From an uncultured Piscirickettsiaceae bacterium (GTDB lineage: Bacteria; Pseudomonadota; Gammaproteobacteria; GCF-002020875): a stretch of 64,000 nt of DNA. The notes beneath the pieces are model-generated. The model made no database searches. It was not told the origin of the DNA and saw only the letters and a list, made by a program, of their open reading frames with translations. Both the position numbers and the translations under genes were made by a program. This document shows positions 29,257-40,100 of this stretch, one piece after another. Numbering within the stretch: the stretch's first letter is position 1; every line of letters starts with the position of its first letter. The DNA lies in the NCBI GenBank assembly GCA_964344325.1, contig CAYFMX010000010.1, positions 2,332 to 66,331 on the forward strand, given 5' to 3'.

Positions 29257-29889
29257 ATGAAAATGATAGGAAATTTAATCGGTGCCCTATTTTTGATTCT
29301 GGTATCACTCCCCGCAACTGCAGGCCATAATTCGCTTCACGATCTGGTCTCTCAGGACAATCTGTCGGAAGTGGAAGAGTTACTTCAACAGAAAAAAAGC
29401 AAACGTCTGCTCAAGAAATCCAACTCCTATAACGAAAAGCCAATCCATCTCGCACGCTCTCCAGAAATGGTGCATTTGTTAGCTAAACATGGCGCAAAAG
29501 TGGATGCGGAAAATCGCTTTGATGACACCGCATTGCTACACGCCGTCGCCCGAGGTGATGTGCCGCTGATTGAAGCGTTGCTGGAAGCAGGCGCAGATCC
29601 AAATCATAAAAACCGTTTCGGCGATACGCCATTGCAGGAAGCCGTTTGGCGCAACCTCACCGTGATTACCAACTTGCTGGTTCAGTCTGGCGCATCTGTG
29701 GATCGGGCAACCAAATATGGAGGAACTGTGCTCCATATTGCGGTACGTCGGGGCAACACCGCAATGGTCACTACCTTATTACAAGCTGGCGCAGACGCTC
29801 AGGTCAAAGATCGCCACGGGCATAGCGCGACCGATCTGGCAAGTAGTGACGAGATGCGCGAAGTGATGCGGACAGAAATCTGGCGGTAA
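29257..29889 (+). CDS. secreted ankyrin-repeat protein
   Basis: Signal peptide MKMIGNLIGALFLILVSLPATAG. At least four ANK repeats (DTALLHAVARGDVPLIEALLEAGADPN; DTPLQEAVWRNL...; GTVLHIAVRRGNTAMVTTLLQAGAD). Confidence 0.75.
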   Translation: MKMIGNLIGALFLILVSLPATAGHNSLHDLVSQDNLSEVEELLQQKKSKRLLKKSNSYNEKPIHLARSPEMVHLLAKHGAKVDAENRFDDTALLHAVARGDVPLIEALLEAGADPNHKNRFGDTPLQEAVWRNLTVITNLLVQSGASVDRATKYGGTVLHIAVRRGNTAMVTTLLQAGADAQVKDRHGHSATDLASSDEMREVMRTEIWR

Positions 29890-29938
29890 ATCTGGATCAA
29901 ATCCGACAAATTCAGATCAATTTCGGAGACTGATAGCT

Positions 29939-30079
29939 ATGTGGCGCATTTACTTAATGATCGGGCTCGTCGCTCTGGCAATTTTCCTGATGTTCCGCTT
30001 AGCGCGGAGCAGCAAGGAGCGGGAACGGGCTGAACGCGATCAATCGGACAAAAACCAGTCCGATCAGGACGACTCATAA
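29939..30079 (+). CDS. candidate small membrane protein (46 aa)
   Basis: ATG with GGAG about 10 nt upstream. One TM helix WRIYLMIGLVALAIFLMF followed by a charged tail. In an intergenic gap, not in the ORF track. Confidence 0.3.
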   Translation: MWRIYLMIGLVALAIFLMFRLARSSKERERAERDQSDKNQSDQDDS

Positions 30080-30095
30080 ATCAAGGCAAACAAAA

Positions 30096-31067
30096 TCAAA
30101 CGGCTTTGACGTGTACCAAATCCAGCATATTCAACGCGCCAACCAGTTGTCCCTGTTGATCTACAACCAACAGCCCGTTGATTTTTTTTTGATCCATCAA
30201 CTGTAGTGCCTCCTCCACTAAGCGATCAGGAGCAATAGTGGTGCAGTCTTTGCTCATCACTTGCGTGATCTTTGTAGTGAGCAAATCCCTATTTTGATCT
30301 AACGTACGCCGCAAATCGCCATCCGTATAAATGCCGAGGATCGCACCGTCCGCATCGACAATCGCCGTCATTCCCAAACTTTTTGAAGTCATCTCCACCA
30401 GCGCATCGCGGATCGTCGCTTCTGCTGAAACTTTCGGGATACGTTCGCCAGTGTGCATCACATCTTCCACTTTCAACAACAGCCGCTTGCCCAGCGATCC
30501 TGCTGGGTGCGAACGGGCGAAATCTTCCGCTGTAAAACCGCGTGATTCCAGCAATGCCACTGCCAGTGCATCGCCCATTACCAGCGTTGCCGTAGTACTG
30601 GAAGTCGGTGCCAGACCAAGCGGACACGCCTCTTTTTCCACGCCGATATTGATATGGATATCAGCGCGGGTCGCCAACGTCGAATCTGGATTGCTGGTCA
30701 GCGCAACCAACGGCACATTAAGCCGTTTGATGATTGGCAACAGCATCAATAATTCCTGCGTCTCCCCGGAATTGGACAATGCAACCACCACATCCCGTTC
30801 AGTGATCATTCCCAAATCGCCGTGGCTCGCCTCACCCGGATGGACGAAAAATGCCGGTGTCCCCGTACTCGCCAATGTCGCCGCAATTTTATTGCCGATA
30901 TGTCCCGACTTCCCCATCCCGGTGACAACAACTCGCCCTGTACACCGGAGAATCGTTGCGCAGGCTTGTTCAAACTGTGCGTCCAGTTGTTGCAATAAAG
31001 CGAAAACGGCACGTGTTTCCTCTTCAATCACAGCACATGCGAGGGGAATAAATTGATGTGATATCAT
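30096..31067 (-). CDS. kdsD: arabinose-5-phosphate isomerase (KpsF/GutQ family; SIS + tandem CBS domains)
   Basis: SIS motif VVTGMGKSGHIGNKIAATLASTGTPAFFVHPGEASHGDLGMI. C-terminal CBS pair. 323 aa. Confidence 0.85.
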   Translation of the reverse strand: MISHQFIPLACAVIEEETRAVFALLQQLDAQFEQACATILRCTGRVVVTGMGKSGHIGNKIAATLASTGTPAFFVHPGEASHGDLGMITERDVVVALSNSGETQELLMLLPIIKRLNVPLVALTSNPDSTLATRADIHINIGVEKEACPLGLAPTSSTTATLVMGDALAVALLESRGFTAEDFARSHPAGSLGKRLLLKVEDVMHTGERIPKVSAEATIRDALVEMTSKSLGMTAIVDADGAILGIYTDGDLRRTLDQNRDLLTTKITQVMSKDCTTIAPDRLVEEALQLMDQKKINGLLVVDQQGQLVGALNMLDLVHVKAV

Positions 31068-31116
31068 CTTTAATTCTCCCCGATTAAACGCTTCACAAAA
31101 ACTTTAATAACCTGTT

Positions 31117-31968
31117 TCACAAAATCTGACGGAAAATATCGTCCACTTTGTTGAATGCACGTTCTACTTTTCTAATTTCATTGTCCATTACTTGCACATC
31201 CGCCTGTCCATCAATTGTTTTTCCTGCCATCTCAATACTTGATTTAATCAAACTGAACAATGCGCTATTCACTGGATGCTGCCCCTGCCCGCCACGCATT
31301 TTGCTGGCAATTTTCTTCAATTGCGCAAACTCATCAGACCAATCTTTCACCACCCATTGATCTTCTGAATCTTCTGCCTCTTCTGTCTGCCCCAGACTAT
31401 TGTCATCGCCGAATACCGTAATAATCCGACCAGTATTTTTGGCACGCATATACTCCGCTTTCAATTCCTTACGGATACCGCCTCCTAAATGGACATTATA
31501 TCCTTGTAAAAAACCATCGTAGATAATTTTCCCCTGAAAGGGCAACAACACCATTCTTGCCATCGTCGGCAGATATTGCTTCGGGATCATATCCGCCAAA
31601 GCATCCGACAATGACCAAATCCCATAAACCTGATCCTGCTTGCCTCCATTTCCAGAGCCAATCACGATCGTATGTTTTTTCAGATGACGCTCAATATAAA
31701 ATGTGCCTTTTTTAAAATTTTTCCATCCACGGATCGTCTCCAAATCTTCCTGACCAAAACCATCCGGATTTTCAGCGATATACTGATCGGTCAATTCTGG
31801 ATGCTCCAGTATCCCATCCCGGATTAAAATCCGTTCGCTATTGTCCGCATCCCATAAATCCTCCAATGTTTTTATTGATGGGACAATATTTTTCTTCCCA
31901 TTCACAAACAACATCAGTGACCACATCAGTTCAAAAAATTTTCGTCCTTCTTCTTTTGGTAACCGCAT
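31117..31968 (-). CDS. hypothetical protein, 283 aa, no recognisable domain
   Basis: Long ORF with typical local codon usage. Cytoplasmic, no TM segment. Single gene between kdsD and the rne leader. Confidence 0.5.
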   Translation of the reverse strand: MRLPKEEGRKFFELMWSLMLFVNGKKNIVPSIKTLEDLWDADNSERILIRDGILEHPELTDQYIAENPDGFGQEDLETIRGWKNFKKGTFYIERHLKKHTIVIGSGNGGKQDQVYGIWSLSDALADMIPKQYLPTMARMVLLPFQGKIIYDGFLQGYNVHLGGGIRKELKAEYMRAKNTGRIITVFGDDNSLGQTEEAEDSEDQWVVKDWSDEFAQLKKIASKMRGGQGQHPVNSALFSLIKSSIEMAGKTIDGQADVQVMDNEIRKVERAFNKVDDIFRQIL

Positions 31969-32468
31969 CGAAACTCCCTTTTGTCCAATCTGTTTTTACT
32001 TATTTTCCAATCTATTTTTATCTATTTTTAAACATTTTTAAATATGGAAAAAATGCACGATTCGCACCAATTTTTTTCATCATAGTACAAAACAGGTTAC
32101 AAGAGAGATATTTTTATCCGTCCAAAAAACATTCCTACTTGACAGACCGTTTGCGGATTAACCCCTTCACTGGTATAGTTTTTTCCGCTTGTCATGACCC
32201 CCTTCCGCATCCGCTCTGGATGCAGGATCACTCCAAGCAAAAAACAATTACTTGCAGGCTGCTGACAGCAACGCAAATGCGTCTGGGCGGCCTGTTTTTC
32301 CGTTTACAGGTTCCGGCAGAACCGGGCTGGCGATGGTTCGTTCACTGATGGTGACGGAAGAACCACCAGTTCCTGGCAAATTGCGCCAAGGCTCACGACC
32401 CCCACCCGGCAGACCGAACCTTAAATATCAATGGATATATAAGAACATCAGGATAAAAAGAACCGGTA
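31969..32468 (+). promoter_or_regulatory. rne promoter/long 5' leader region (putative autoregulatory UTR)
   Basis: About 500-nt non-coding region upstream of rne with extensive GC-rich hairpin potential near 32150-32430. RNase E genes in gammaproteobacteria carry long structured autoregulatory leaders. Confidence 0.35.
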
Positions 32469-34871
32469 ATGAAAAGAATCTTAATTAACGCAACGCAGCA
32501 GGAAGAGTTGCGGGTCGCGCTGGTGGACGGGCAACACCTCTACGATCTCGATATCGAAAGCGCCGTCTACGAAAAGAAAAAAGGGAACATCTACAAAGGG
32601 ACGATTGCCCGTATCGAAGCAAGCCTCGAAGCCGCATTTGTCAACTATGGCGCAGAACGCCACGGCTTTTTGCCGTTCAAGGAAATCTCCCGCGCCTATT
32701 TCACCCAATCGATGATCGAAAAGATGGAACAGGGCGAACGCCCGACCATCGAAAATGCGCTTAAGGAAGGGCAAGAGATCATCATTCAGGTGGAAAAAGA
32801 GGAACGCGGCAACAAAGGCGCAGCATTGACCACCTTCATCAGCATGGCGGGACGTTATCTCGTTTACATGCCGAACAACCCGCGCGCTGGCGGCATCTCC
32901 CGCCGAATTGAAGGCAAAGAGCGTCAGGAACTGCGCGAAGCAATGCGCGAACTCAGCATTCCGAGTGGCGCAGGTGCCATTGTGCGCACTGCCGGTGTTG
33001 GCAAAAACAGCGAAGAGTTGCAGTGGGATCTCGACTACCAACACCGCATCTGGGAGAGCATTGAAAAAGCAGCGGCAGAAAAACCTGCACCCTTCCTGAT
33101 TTATCAGGAGAGCGACATCATCATTCGTGCGTTGCGCGATTACCTGCGCGATGACATTGGCGAAATTCTGGTCGATGACGACGACACCTACAGACTGGCG
33201 CAGCAATTTATGTCGCAGGTAATGCCGCAAAACCTGCCGAAATTGAAGAAATTCACCGGCAATGCGCCGATTTTTACCCGTTTCCAGGTCGAAAGCCAAC
33301 TGGAGAGCGCATTCCAGCGCGAAGTGAAACTCCCGTCCGGCGGCTCCATCGTCATTGATCACACCGAAGCGTTGATCTCCATCGACATCAACTCGGCACG
33401 CGCGACCAAGGGTAGCAATATTGAAGAGACTGCACTCAACGCCAACCTCGAAGCCGCGGACGAAATTGCCCGGCAGCTGCGGTTACGCGACAGTGGCGGC
33501 CTAGTCGTTATCGACTTTATTGATATGAACGCCTCCCGCAATCAACGGGCGGTGGAAAACCGATTACGAGATGCGTTGAGACTGGATCGCGCCCGCGTGC
33601 AGGTGGGGAAAATCTCCCGCTTTGGTTTGCTGGAGATGTCCCGTCAGCGGTTGCGTCCATCGCTGGGTGAATCGTCGCACACACCATGTCCACGCTGTAA
33701 CGGACAGGGAACAATCCGCGGCACGCAATCGCTTTCGCTTTCGGTATTACGTTTGATTCAGGAAGAGGCGTTGAAAGAGGGAACAGCAGAAATTACCGCG
33801 CAGTTGCCGATTGCTGTCGCTACGTATCTGCTCAATGAGAAGCGCGAAGAGGTCGCGGCGATTGAGAAGCGGATGAACATTGCCATCGTGTTGGTGCCGA
33901 ACCACACGCTGGAAACCCCGCATTACGCGATTGAACGCTCCCGCAAGCGCACCGATCAGCAGGATCAAGAGCATCGCTCCAGCTATGATCGCGTTGAAGA
34001 GCGCGAACTTCCGCCAGAGGAAGATCACAGCAAGGCGTTCGAGAAAGTGACGTGGGAAAAACCGGCAGTGCGCGAAATGATGCCGAACACGCCGATGCCA
34101 CCGCGCAGTTCCGCGCCCGCGCAGAGCAAACCGCAACCCAAAACTGAAGATACCTCCTTCGTGCGGAAATTGATTTCCGGGTTCAGCGGCCTTTTCAGTA
34201 GCAGTGAGCCGGAGAAGAAAGAGGAGAAAAAACCGGCTGGCAGACATCCGTCTTCGCGCAACCGCAGTAGCGGCAACCGCAACAATCGGGGTGGCAACCG
34301 CAACCGCCGAGGTGGCAACCGCAATAATTCGCGCTCCAACTCCGGCAACCGCAACAATCGCGGACAAGGCGGAGGACAAAATCGTTCGTCTCAAAACCAC
34401 CAAAACCGGGGGCGTAAACCAGCGGCGGATTCGACAAAACCGGATAATGCGCAAACGCAGTCTGCGCAGAAATCTGTGGAAAAACCGGTGGAGAAACCCA
34501 CCAACAAACCGGCTGCAAAACCTGTAGAAAAATCGGCAACAAAACCTGCGCCTGCTCTGGAGAAGAAGCCAGCGCATAAATCGGAAAATAAATCGGAAAA
34601 CAGACCGGCGACTCCTCCAGCCGATCAGTCCGCGAACAAACCGGCAACTCCGAAACCGGCTGCTTCATCCACGGCAAACAAGCCTGCGGAAAAACCAACA
34701 GCTGCGCCGACACCCGCGCCTGCCGCAGAGAAAAAACCGGAACCAGCTGCGCCAAAACCTGCGTCAAAACCGACATCTACTGCAACGCCGAAACCGGCAG
34801 AGACAGCCAGTTTCGCCTCAGCAGAGAAGCCGCAGAAAAGTGAATCGGGAGATGTGCCGAAAACGGACTGA
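32469..34871 (+). CDS. rne: ribonuclease E
   Basis: N-terminal catalytic domain with S1 ([30 protein letters not shown]...GFLPFKEI). Arg/Asn/Ser-rich and Pro/Ala/Lys-rich disordered C-terminal scaffold. 800 aa. Confidence 0.95.
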   Translation: MKRILINATQQEELRVALVDGQHLYDLDIESAVYEKKKGNIYKGTIARIEASLEAAFVNYGAERHGFLPFKEISRAYFTQSMIEKMEQGERPTIENALKEGQEIIIQVEKEERGNKGAALTTFISMAGRYLVYMPNNPRAGGISRRIEGKERQELREAMRELSIPSGAGAIVRTAGVGKNSEELQWDLDYQHRIWESIEKAAAEKPAPFLIYQESDIIIRALRDYLRDDIGEILVDDDDTYRLAQQFMSQVMPQNLPKLKKFTGNAPIFTRFQVESQLESAFQREVKLPSGGSIVIDHTEALISIDINSARATKGSNIEETALNANLEAADEIARQLRLRDSGGLVVIDFIDMNASRNQRAVENRLRDALRLDRARVQVGKISRFGLLEMSRQRLRPSLGESSHTPCPRCNGQGTIRGTQSLSLSVLRLIQEEALKEGTAEITAQLPIAVATYLLNEKREEVAAIEKRMNIAIVLVPNHTLETPHYAIERSRKRTDQQDQEHRSSYDRVEERELPPEEDHSKAFEKVTWEKPAVREMMPNTPMPPRSSAPAQSKPQPKTEDTSFVRKLISGFSGLFSSSEPEKKEEKKPAGRHPSSRNRSSGNRNNRGGNRNRRGGNRNNSRSNSGNRNNRGQGGGQNRSSQNHQNRGRKPAADSTKPDNAQTQSAQKSVEKPVEKPTNKPAAKPVEKSATKPAPALEKKPAHKSENKSENRPATPPADQSANKPATPKPAASSTANKPAEKPTAAPTPAPAAEKKPEPAAPKPASKPTSTATPKPAETASFASAEKPQKSESGDVPKTD

Positions 34872-35109
34872 TCCGATTCGTTTCTGATTGCGTTTGATAG
34901 ACAGATGAATGCTCCCTGAGTGAAAATTCCGGGAGCATTTTCTTTTTTCACCATTCACGGATGATACGTAGTGGTTAAAACCACTACCTACAAGCGATAA
35001 TCCCGCTGGGATCAACCTTTCTCCATAGGAGAAATGGCGTAAAGCCGATGGTTTTAACCATCGGTGAACAATATGCGCAAATCAACAACCATATCCATTT
35101 TGTTTAGCT

Positions 35110-36636
35110 ATGCTCGAAATTTTCACCCTTTTTATTGAAAAACTGCTCGAACCGGTTGGCTTTATCGGTTCATTGTTGTTTTTCGTCTGGCTGGTGTGGA
35201 GTTTTTTGGTTTGGAAAACACTCAATGGCCCAGAAACAAAACCTGGTGCAGAAAAGTCTGGGCGCGATAAATTATTAGATCGGGCAGCAGATGGTTTAGG
35301 TTTTCAAAAGAAATATCTTGATTTATTGGGATGGCTACTCAACAAAACCACAAACTGGATTAAAGATAAGGAAAAAGTAAAAACTGCGACTGAAAATGCC
35401 CGAAAAAAACACTGGCTAGGAGTGCCGCTGTTTACGGTTGAAGCGTTTGAATTCAATTTAAAACTGGCGCTGCTTTATCCGATTTTAGCTTTCTTTTTTG
35501 CTTGGGGAGTTTTTCAAGAAACCGGAAATTTAGCCAGTTTACCGATTCTCCCTGAAGAGTTTAGTTGGTTTGAACGCATCACCGCGCTCTTCGGACTTAT
35601 GGCTATTTTCTACAGCTTTTATAAATCCAAAAAAACTGAAGGCTGGAAAAGCCTTTTATGGTTCGCTGTCGCTGGCGCTTTCGCTGGCGCTTTCGCTTTC
35701 GCTTTCGCTGGCGCTTTCGCTTTCGCTGTCGCTGGCGCTTTCGCTGTCGCTGTCGCTGTCGCTGGCGCTGTCGCTGGCGCTTTCGCTGGCGCTGTCGCTG
35801 GCGCTTTCGCTGTCGCTGGCACTGTCGCTGGCGCTTTCGCTATAGGAGTATTTATTCTATACGAAAAACTCCTTAAACATACACCTAAAAAACTCTGGCT
35901 GTTTTGGGGATTGTTCACTCTTTCTTATCTAGTCATTGCATTCGTAACCATTTATTGGTTTTCTACCCAAGAAGATGCAAAACCGGAAGGACTCATTATT
36001 CTTCTCTTTTATACATTATTACCACTATTAAACGTACCTTTAGACTGGCTTTCCCTCAGTATTACCCGCAGTTTGTTGTATGCCATCCAAACGAAAATCC
36101 ACACAGGTTTTCGCGCAGTTGCATGGGCAGTTGTCGATCTATTTTTAGCATTTATTTTCCTGATTTTAATTACAACCGTTACTACGATTGGAATTGCCGC
36201 TGTGAATTTCACCGCCGATTTTGCGGGTGGAAAACCGATTCTGGATTTAACCGCACTATTCGCCGGAATCCACGCTGATCCACTCAACAAAGAGTATTGG
36301 TGGATTTATTTTCTCTTTCTTTCTACGCTGATTCCGACCGCACTTCACGCACTCGTCGCCAGTTTTGCCGTGATTTTCTGGGTTCCACAAAAAACACTGC
36401 GAAAACTCGTTTCCAACTGGCAAAAAGACCACAAAAACTACGATTTTCTGCAATTTTCCGCCGTTTGGGGCTATTTGAGCTTTATGCCTGTGCTTGCGCT
36501 GCTTTCGCCGCTGATTGTGCTGGTTGGAATTCCGTATCTACTGCTATTTAGCTGGGGCGATGTATTTACATTGGGCAGTTGGATGCTGACCGGCATGGAA
36601 AATCTTGCGCGTGCGATTGATCCGACGATGAGGTAA
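35110..36636 (+). CDS. polytopic membrane protein of unknown function containing an (Ala-Gly/Phe/Val)n repeat tract
   Basis: 508 aa, more than 10 predicted TM helices. Central AGAFAGAFAFAFAGAFAFAVAGAFAVAVAVAGAVAGAFAG... encoded by a tandem hexanucleotide repeat. Confidence 0.6.
   Translation: MLEIFTLFIEKLLEPVGFIGSLLFFVWLVWSFLVWKTLNGPETKPGAEKSGRDKLLDRAADGLGFQKKYLDLLGWLLNKTTNWIKDKEKVKTATENARKKHWLGVPLFTVEAFEFNLKLALLYPILAFFFAWGVFQETGNLASLPILPEEFSWFERITALFGLMAIFYSFYKSKKTEGWKSLLWFAVAGAFAGAFAFAFAGAFAFAVAGAFAVAVAVAGAVAGAFAGAVAGAFAVAGTVAGAFAIGVFILYEKLLKHTPKKLWLFWGLFTLSYLVIAFVTIYWFSTQEDAKPEGLIILLFYTLLPLLNVPLDWLSLSITRSLLYAIQTKIHTGFRAVAWAVVDLFLAFIFLILITTVTTIGIAAVNFTADFAGGKPILDLTALFAGIHADPLNKEYWWIYFLFLSTLIPTALHALVASFAVIFWVPQKTLRKLVSNWQKDHKNYDFLQFSAVWGYLSFMPVLALLSPLIVLVGIPYLLLFSWGDVFTLGSWMLTGMENLARAIDPTMR
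35664..35843 (+). repeat. tandem hexanucleotide repeat (GCTGGC/GCTTTC/GCTGTC) x30 inside the CDS, in frame
   Basis: Directly visible: about 180 bp of GCT-NNC hexamers with three unit variants. Antisense and shifted-frame ORFs 35570-35918 are artefacts of this repeat. Confidence 0.9.
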
Positions 36637-36698
36637 GTGTGCCAAAATTGGCAAACCGTTAGACTCTAACAAATTTCACAAATTACTCTTAATCCCTC

Positions 36699-36929
36699 AT
36701 GAAAATCCACTTTTCCCGCCATGCCCGAAGAAGAGCAAAGCTCTACAAAATTCCCGAACAAATTGTGACTTCAATTCTGGAAAATCGTTCGTTTCTGGAA
36801 GGGCAACACGAACTGATCGAAGAAGTGGAAGAATTCCGTTACCCAATCAAAATTGTGATCGCAGCCGGCAATGAAACCATCACCGTGATCACTTGCTACC
36901 CATTGAAGAAAAAACGAGAACAACAATGA
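36699..36929 (+). CDS. DUF4258-family putative toxin
   Basis: N-terminal HFSRHARRRAKLYKI matches the DUF4258 signature (HA..R...R.I). 76 aa. Overlaps the downstream DUF2283 gene by 4 bp. Confidence 0.6.
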   Translation: MKIHFSRHARRRAKLYKIPEQIVTSILENRSFLEGQHELIEEVEEFRYPIKIVIAAGNETITVITCYPLKKKREQQ

Positions 36930-37168
36930 AAGTTTATTATGACGAAGAAGTAGATTCCGTTTACCTAGAGTTAGGAACAGAAACTCCAGATGGCGTGATT
37001 GAAATGGGTGAAGGTATCCACGCGGATACAACCGAAACTGGAAAATTGGTGGGTCTGGAAATTCTGGACGCATCTAAAAAAATGGACATTTCCACCATCA
37101 TGAATTACTCCATCCAACTCAGCCCCAGCCTGTTCCCCAAACAAGCACAGGCCATTGGAGCAAACTAG
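36926..37168 (+). CDS. DUF2283-family putative antitoxin
   Basis: MKVYYDEEVDSVYLEL...GKLVGLEILDASK matches the DUF2283 signature. Start MKVYYD inside the listed ORF. Confidence 0.6.
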   Translation: MKVYYDEEVDSVYLELGTETPDGVIEMGEGIHADTTETGKLVGLEILDASKKMDISTIMNYSIQLSPSLFPKQAQAIGAN

Positions 37169-40100
37169 GCAATTTAAGATGTCTCCTTCCCCTATTTCCC
37201 CCCTCTCCCCACCCGCTCTCCAGTCCGCACAGAAAAAACTACGCTGGGGGCGGCTTTACGGCAGCGCAGCCGGACTCGCACTCACCCACGCCGCGCAACA
37301 AGCGGACGGCCCAACACTGGTGATTTGCCGCGATTCGACCACCGATGCACAACTGCGCGAATCCATCGCCTTTTATGCCGCGGGAACCGACCTGCCGGTG
37401 CTCCATTTTCCTGACCAGGAGACGCTCCCCTACGACAAATTCTCGCCGCATCCGGACATCATTTCACGGCGGCTGGAGGTGATGGCGCGGCTGCCAACGA
37501 TGGGGCGTGGCATTGTCGTCGTTCCGGCGCATACACTGATGCAGCGCATCGCCCCGCCTGCCTACATCCACGGTCATACCTTTCTACTCGCGGCAGGCGA
37601 AGATCTGGATCGTGAAGCTCTGCTGATGCGCCTCGAACGTGGCGGCTACCACAACGTTGCACAGGTGATGGAACATGGTGAATATGCACTGCGCGGCTCC
37701 ATCATTGACCTCTTCCCAATGGGGGCAGAACAGCCTTACCGCATTGACCTGTTCGACGAGGAGATTGAGACCATCCGCCTGTTTGATCCGGAAACGCAGC
37801 GCACCACGGAAAAAGTGTCAGAAATTCGCCTCTTCCCGGCGCGGGAATTCCCAATGACTGAAGAGGCGGTCAAACAGTTCCGCCAACGCTATCGCGCCAA
37901 ATTTGAGGGCGATCCGCAGCAAAATCCAGTTTATCGCGATGTAAGCCAAGGCATTGCCCCAGCGGGTATTGAATATTACTTGCCGCTCTTTTTTGACAAT
38001 ACCAATGCGGATAATCCAAACAAAACCGGAACCGCAACACTGTTTGATTATCTACCAGACAACGCACAACTGATGTTGATGGAAGGCATTGAGGCTTCTG
38101 CTGAAATCTTCCGTCAAGAGGTCGAAGAACGCTATGAAACACAGCAATCACTCGACGCACTGCGACGAATACTGGAACCCGACGAATTGTTCCTGCGTGT
38201 TGATGAACTGTTTGGACAATTCAAACATTTTCCGCGTGCTGAACTCGATACATTTGAGCAAGACAAGAATTTAGCGCAACAAAATTTAGAAAACGGTACA
38301 AACCAAGCAGGCCAATCCAACTTTGCGACCCAAAAAGTGCCACAACTTTCAATGCCACCGCGTTCGGAAAATCCATTGCAGCGTGTCGCCAAATTTCTCG
38401 ACGAATTTGAAGGACGGATGTTAATTGTCGCCGAATCTGCGGGACGACGCGAAGCGTTGCTAGAACTGTTCCGTGGACGAAAAATCCACCCAAAACAGGC
38501 TGAAAACTGGAATACATTTATCGCGGGCAAGAAAAAACTGGCGATCACTGTCGCACCGCTCGAAGCGGGATTGATGATGACCGAGCCGGAAATTGTGGTG
38601 CTGACTGAGCCACAAATTTTCGGCGAACAGGTGCTACAACGGCGGCGGCGCAGTGGAAAACGGCGCGGCGCGATTAGCGAAGATGCGGTCATCCACCACC
38701 TCTCCGAGCTAAAAATCGGCGATCCTGTAGTGCATGTCGATCATGGTGTAGGGCGATACCAGGGGTTACAGTCGATTGAAGCGGGTGGCAACACCGCTGA
38801 ATATTTGCTGCTGGAATATGCGAAAGAGGACAAATTGTATGTGCCAGTCACCGCGCTGCACCTGATCGGGCGTTACACCGGCGTGGAGCCGGACAAAGCC
38901 CCGGTGCATCGGCTCGGCAGTGACCAGTGGACAAAGGCGAAACGCAAGGCAGCAGAAAAAGTCCGCGATGTCGCGGCGGAATTGCTCGAAATCTACGCCA
39001 AACGCGCCGCAAAAACGGGACATGCGATTACTGAACCCGATCTTGAATATCACCAATTTTCCGCACAATTCCCGTTTGAGGAGACCCCCGACCAAAGTGA
39101 CGCGATTGGCGCGATCATTAAAGATATGGAGTCGCCACAGCCGATGGATCGACTCATTTGTGGCGATGTCGGTTTCGGCAAAACCGAAGTGGCGATGCGT
39201 GCCGTTTTCCTCGCAGTGCAAAACGGGCATCAAGTGGCCGTGCTGGTACCGACGACGTTGCTCGCGCAGCAACATTACGAAAACTTCACCGACCGCTTCG
39301 CCGACTGGCCATTCAAGGTAGAAGTGCTGTCGCGCTTCAAAACCAAAAAAGAGACCGATGATGCGCTCAAACTGCTGGCCGATGGAAAAATCGACATCGT
39401 GATCGGTACGCACAAACTGATCCAGCCGACGATCAAATTCCACCACCTTGGAATGGTGGTGATCGATGAGGAACACCGTTTTGGCGTACGCCAGAAAGAC
39501 CAGTTCAAAGCATTACGCGCCGAAGTAGATGTGTTGACGATGACTGCCACGCCAATTCCACGCACACTCAACATGTCGATGTCCGGGCTACGCGACTTGT
39601 CGATCATCGCCACGCCACCAACCAACCGCGTTGCAATCAAAACCTTCGTACGTGAATGGGATGCCGGGCTAATCCGCGAAGCATGTATCCGCGAAATTCA
39701 TCGTGGCGGACAAGTTTACTTTTTGCACAACCAAGTAGAAACCATTGAACGCATGGCAGACGATGTGCGCAAATTAATTCCCGAAGCAACGGTCGAAATC
39801 GCTCACGGGCAGATGCGCGAACAGGAGCTAGAACGGGTGATGAAAGACTTTTACCATCGCCGCTTCAACATCCTCGTCTGCTCAACAATCATCGAAACGG
39901 GCATTGATGTACCGACCGCCAACACCATCATCATGAACCGCGCTGACCGGCTCGGGCTGGCGCAGCTCTATCAATTGCGCGGACGTGTGGGACGTTCGCA
40001 CCATCGCGCTTACGCCTATCTCGTCATTCCATCGCGCAAAAACATCACTGCCGATGCGATGAAGCGGCTCGAAGCAATTGAATCAATTGAAGAGCTAGGC

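Noticed and set aside
32481-35015. Numerous long antisense and alternate-frame ORFs overlapping rne (e.g. 32481-33362 -, 33747-34577 -, 34195-34776 -, 34204-34527 +)
   Set aside because: They lie inside the well-supported RNase E frame. Their Arg/Pro/Cys-rich low-complexity translations are mirror artefacts of the repetitive GC-rich rne C-terminal region.
35570-35918. ORFs translating to poly-(SL)/(RWRF)/(KAPATA) repeats on both strands
   Set aside because: Frame-shifted and antisense readings of the hexanucleotide repeat within the membrane-protein CDS; not independent genes or a CRISPR array (no spacers, units 6 bp).
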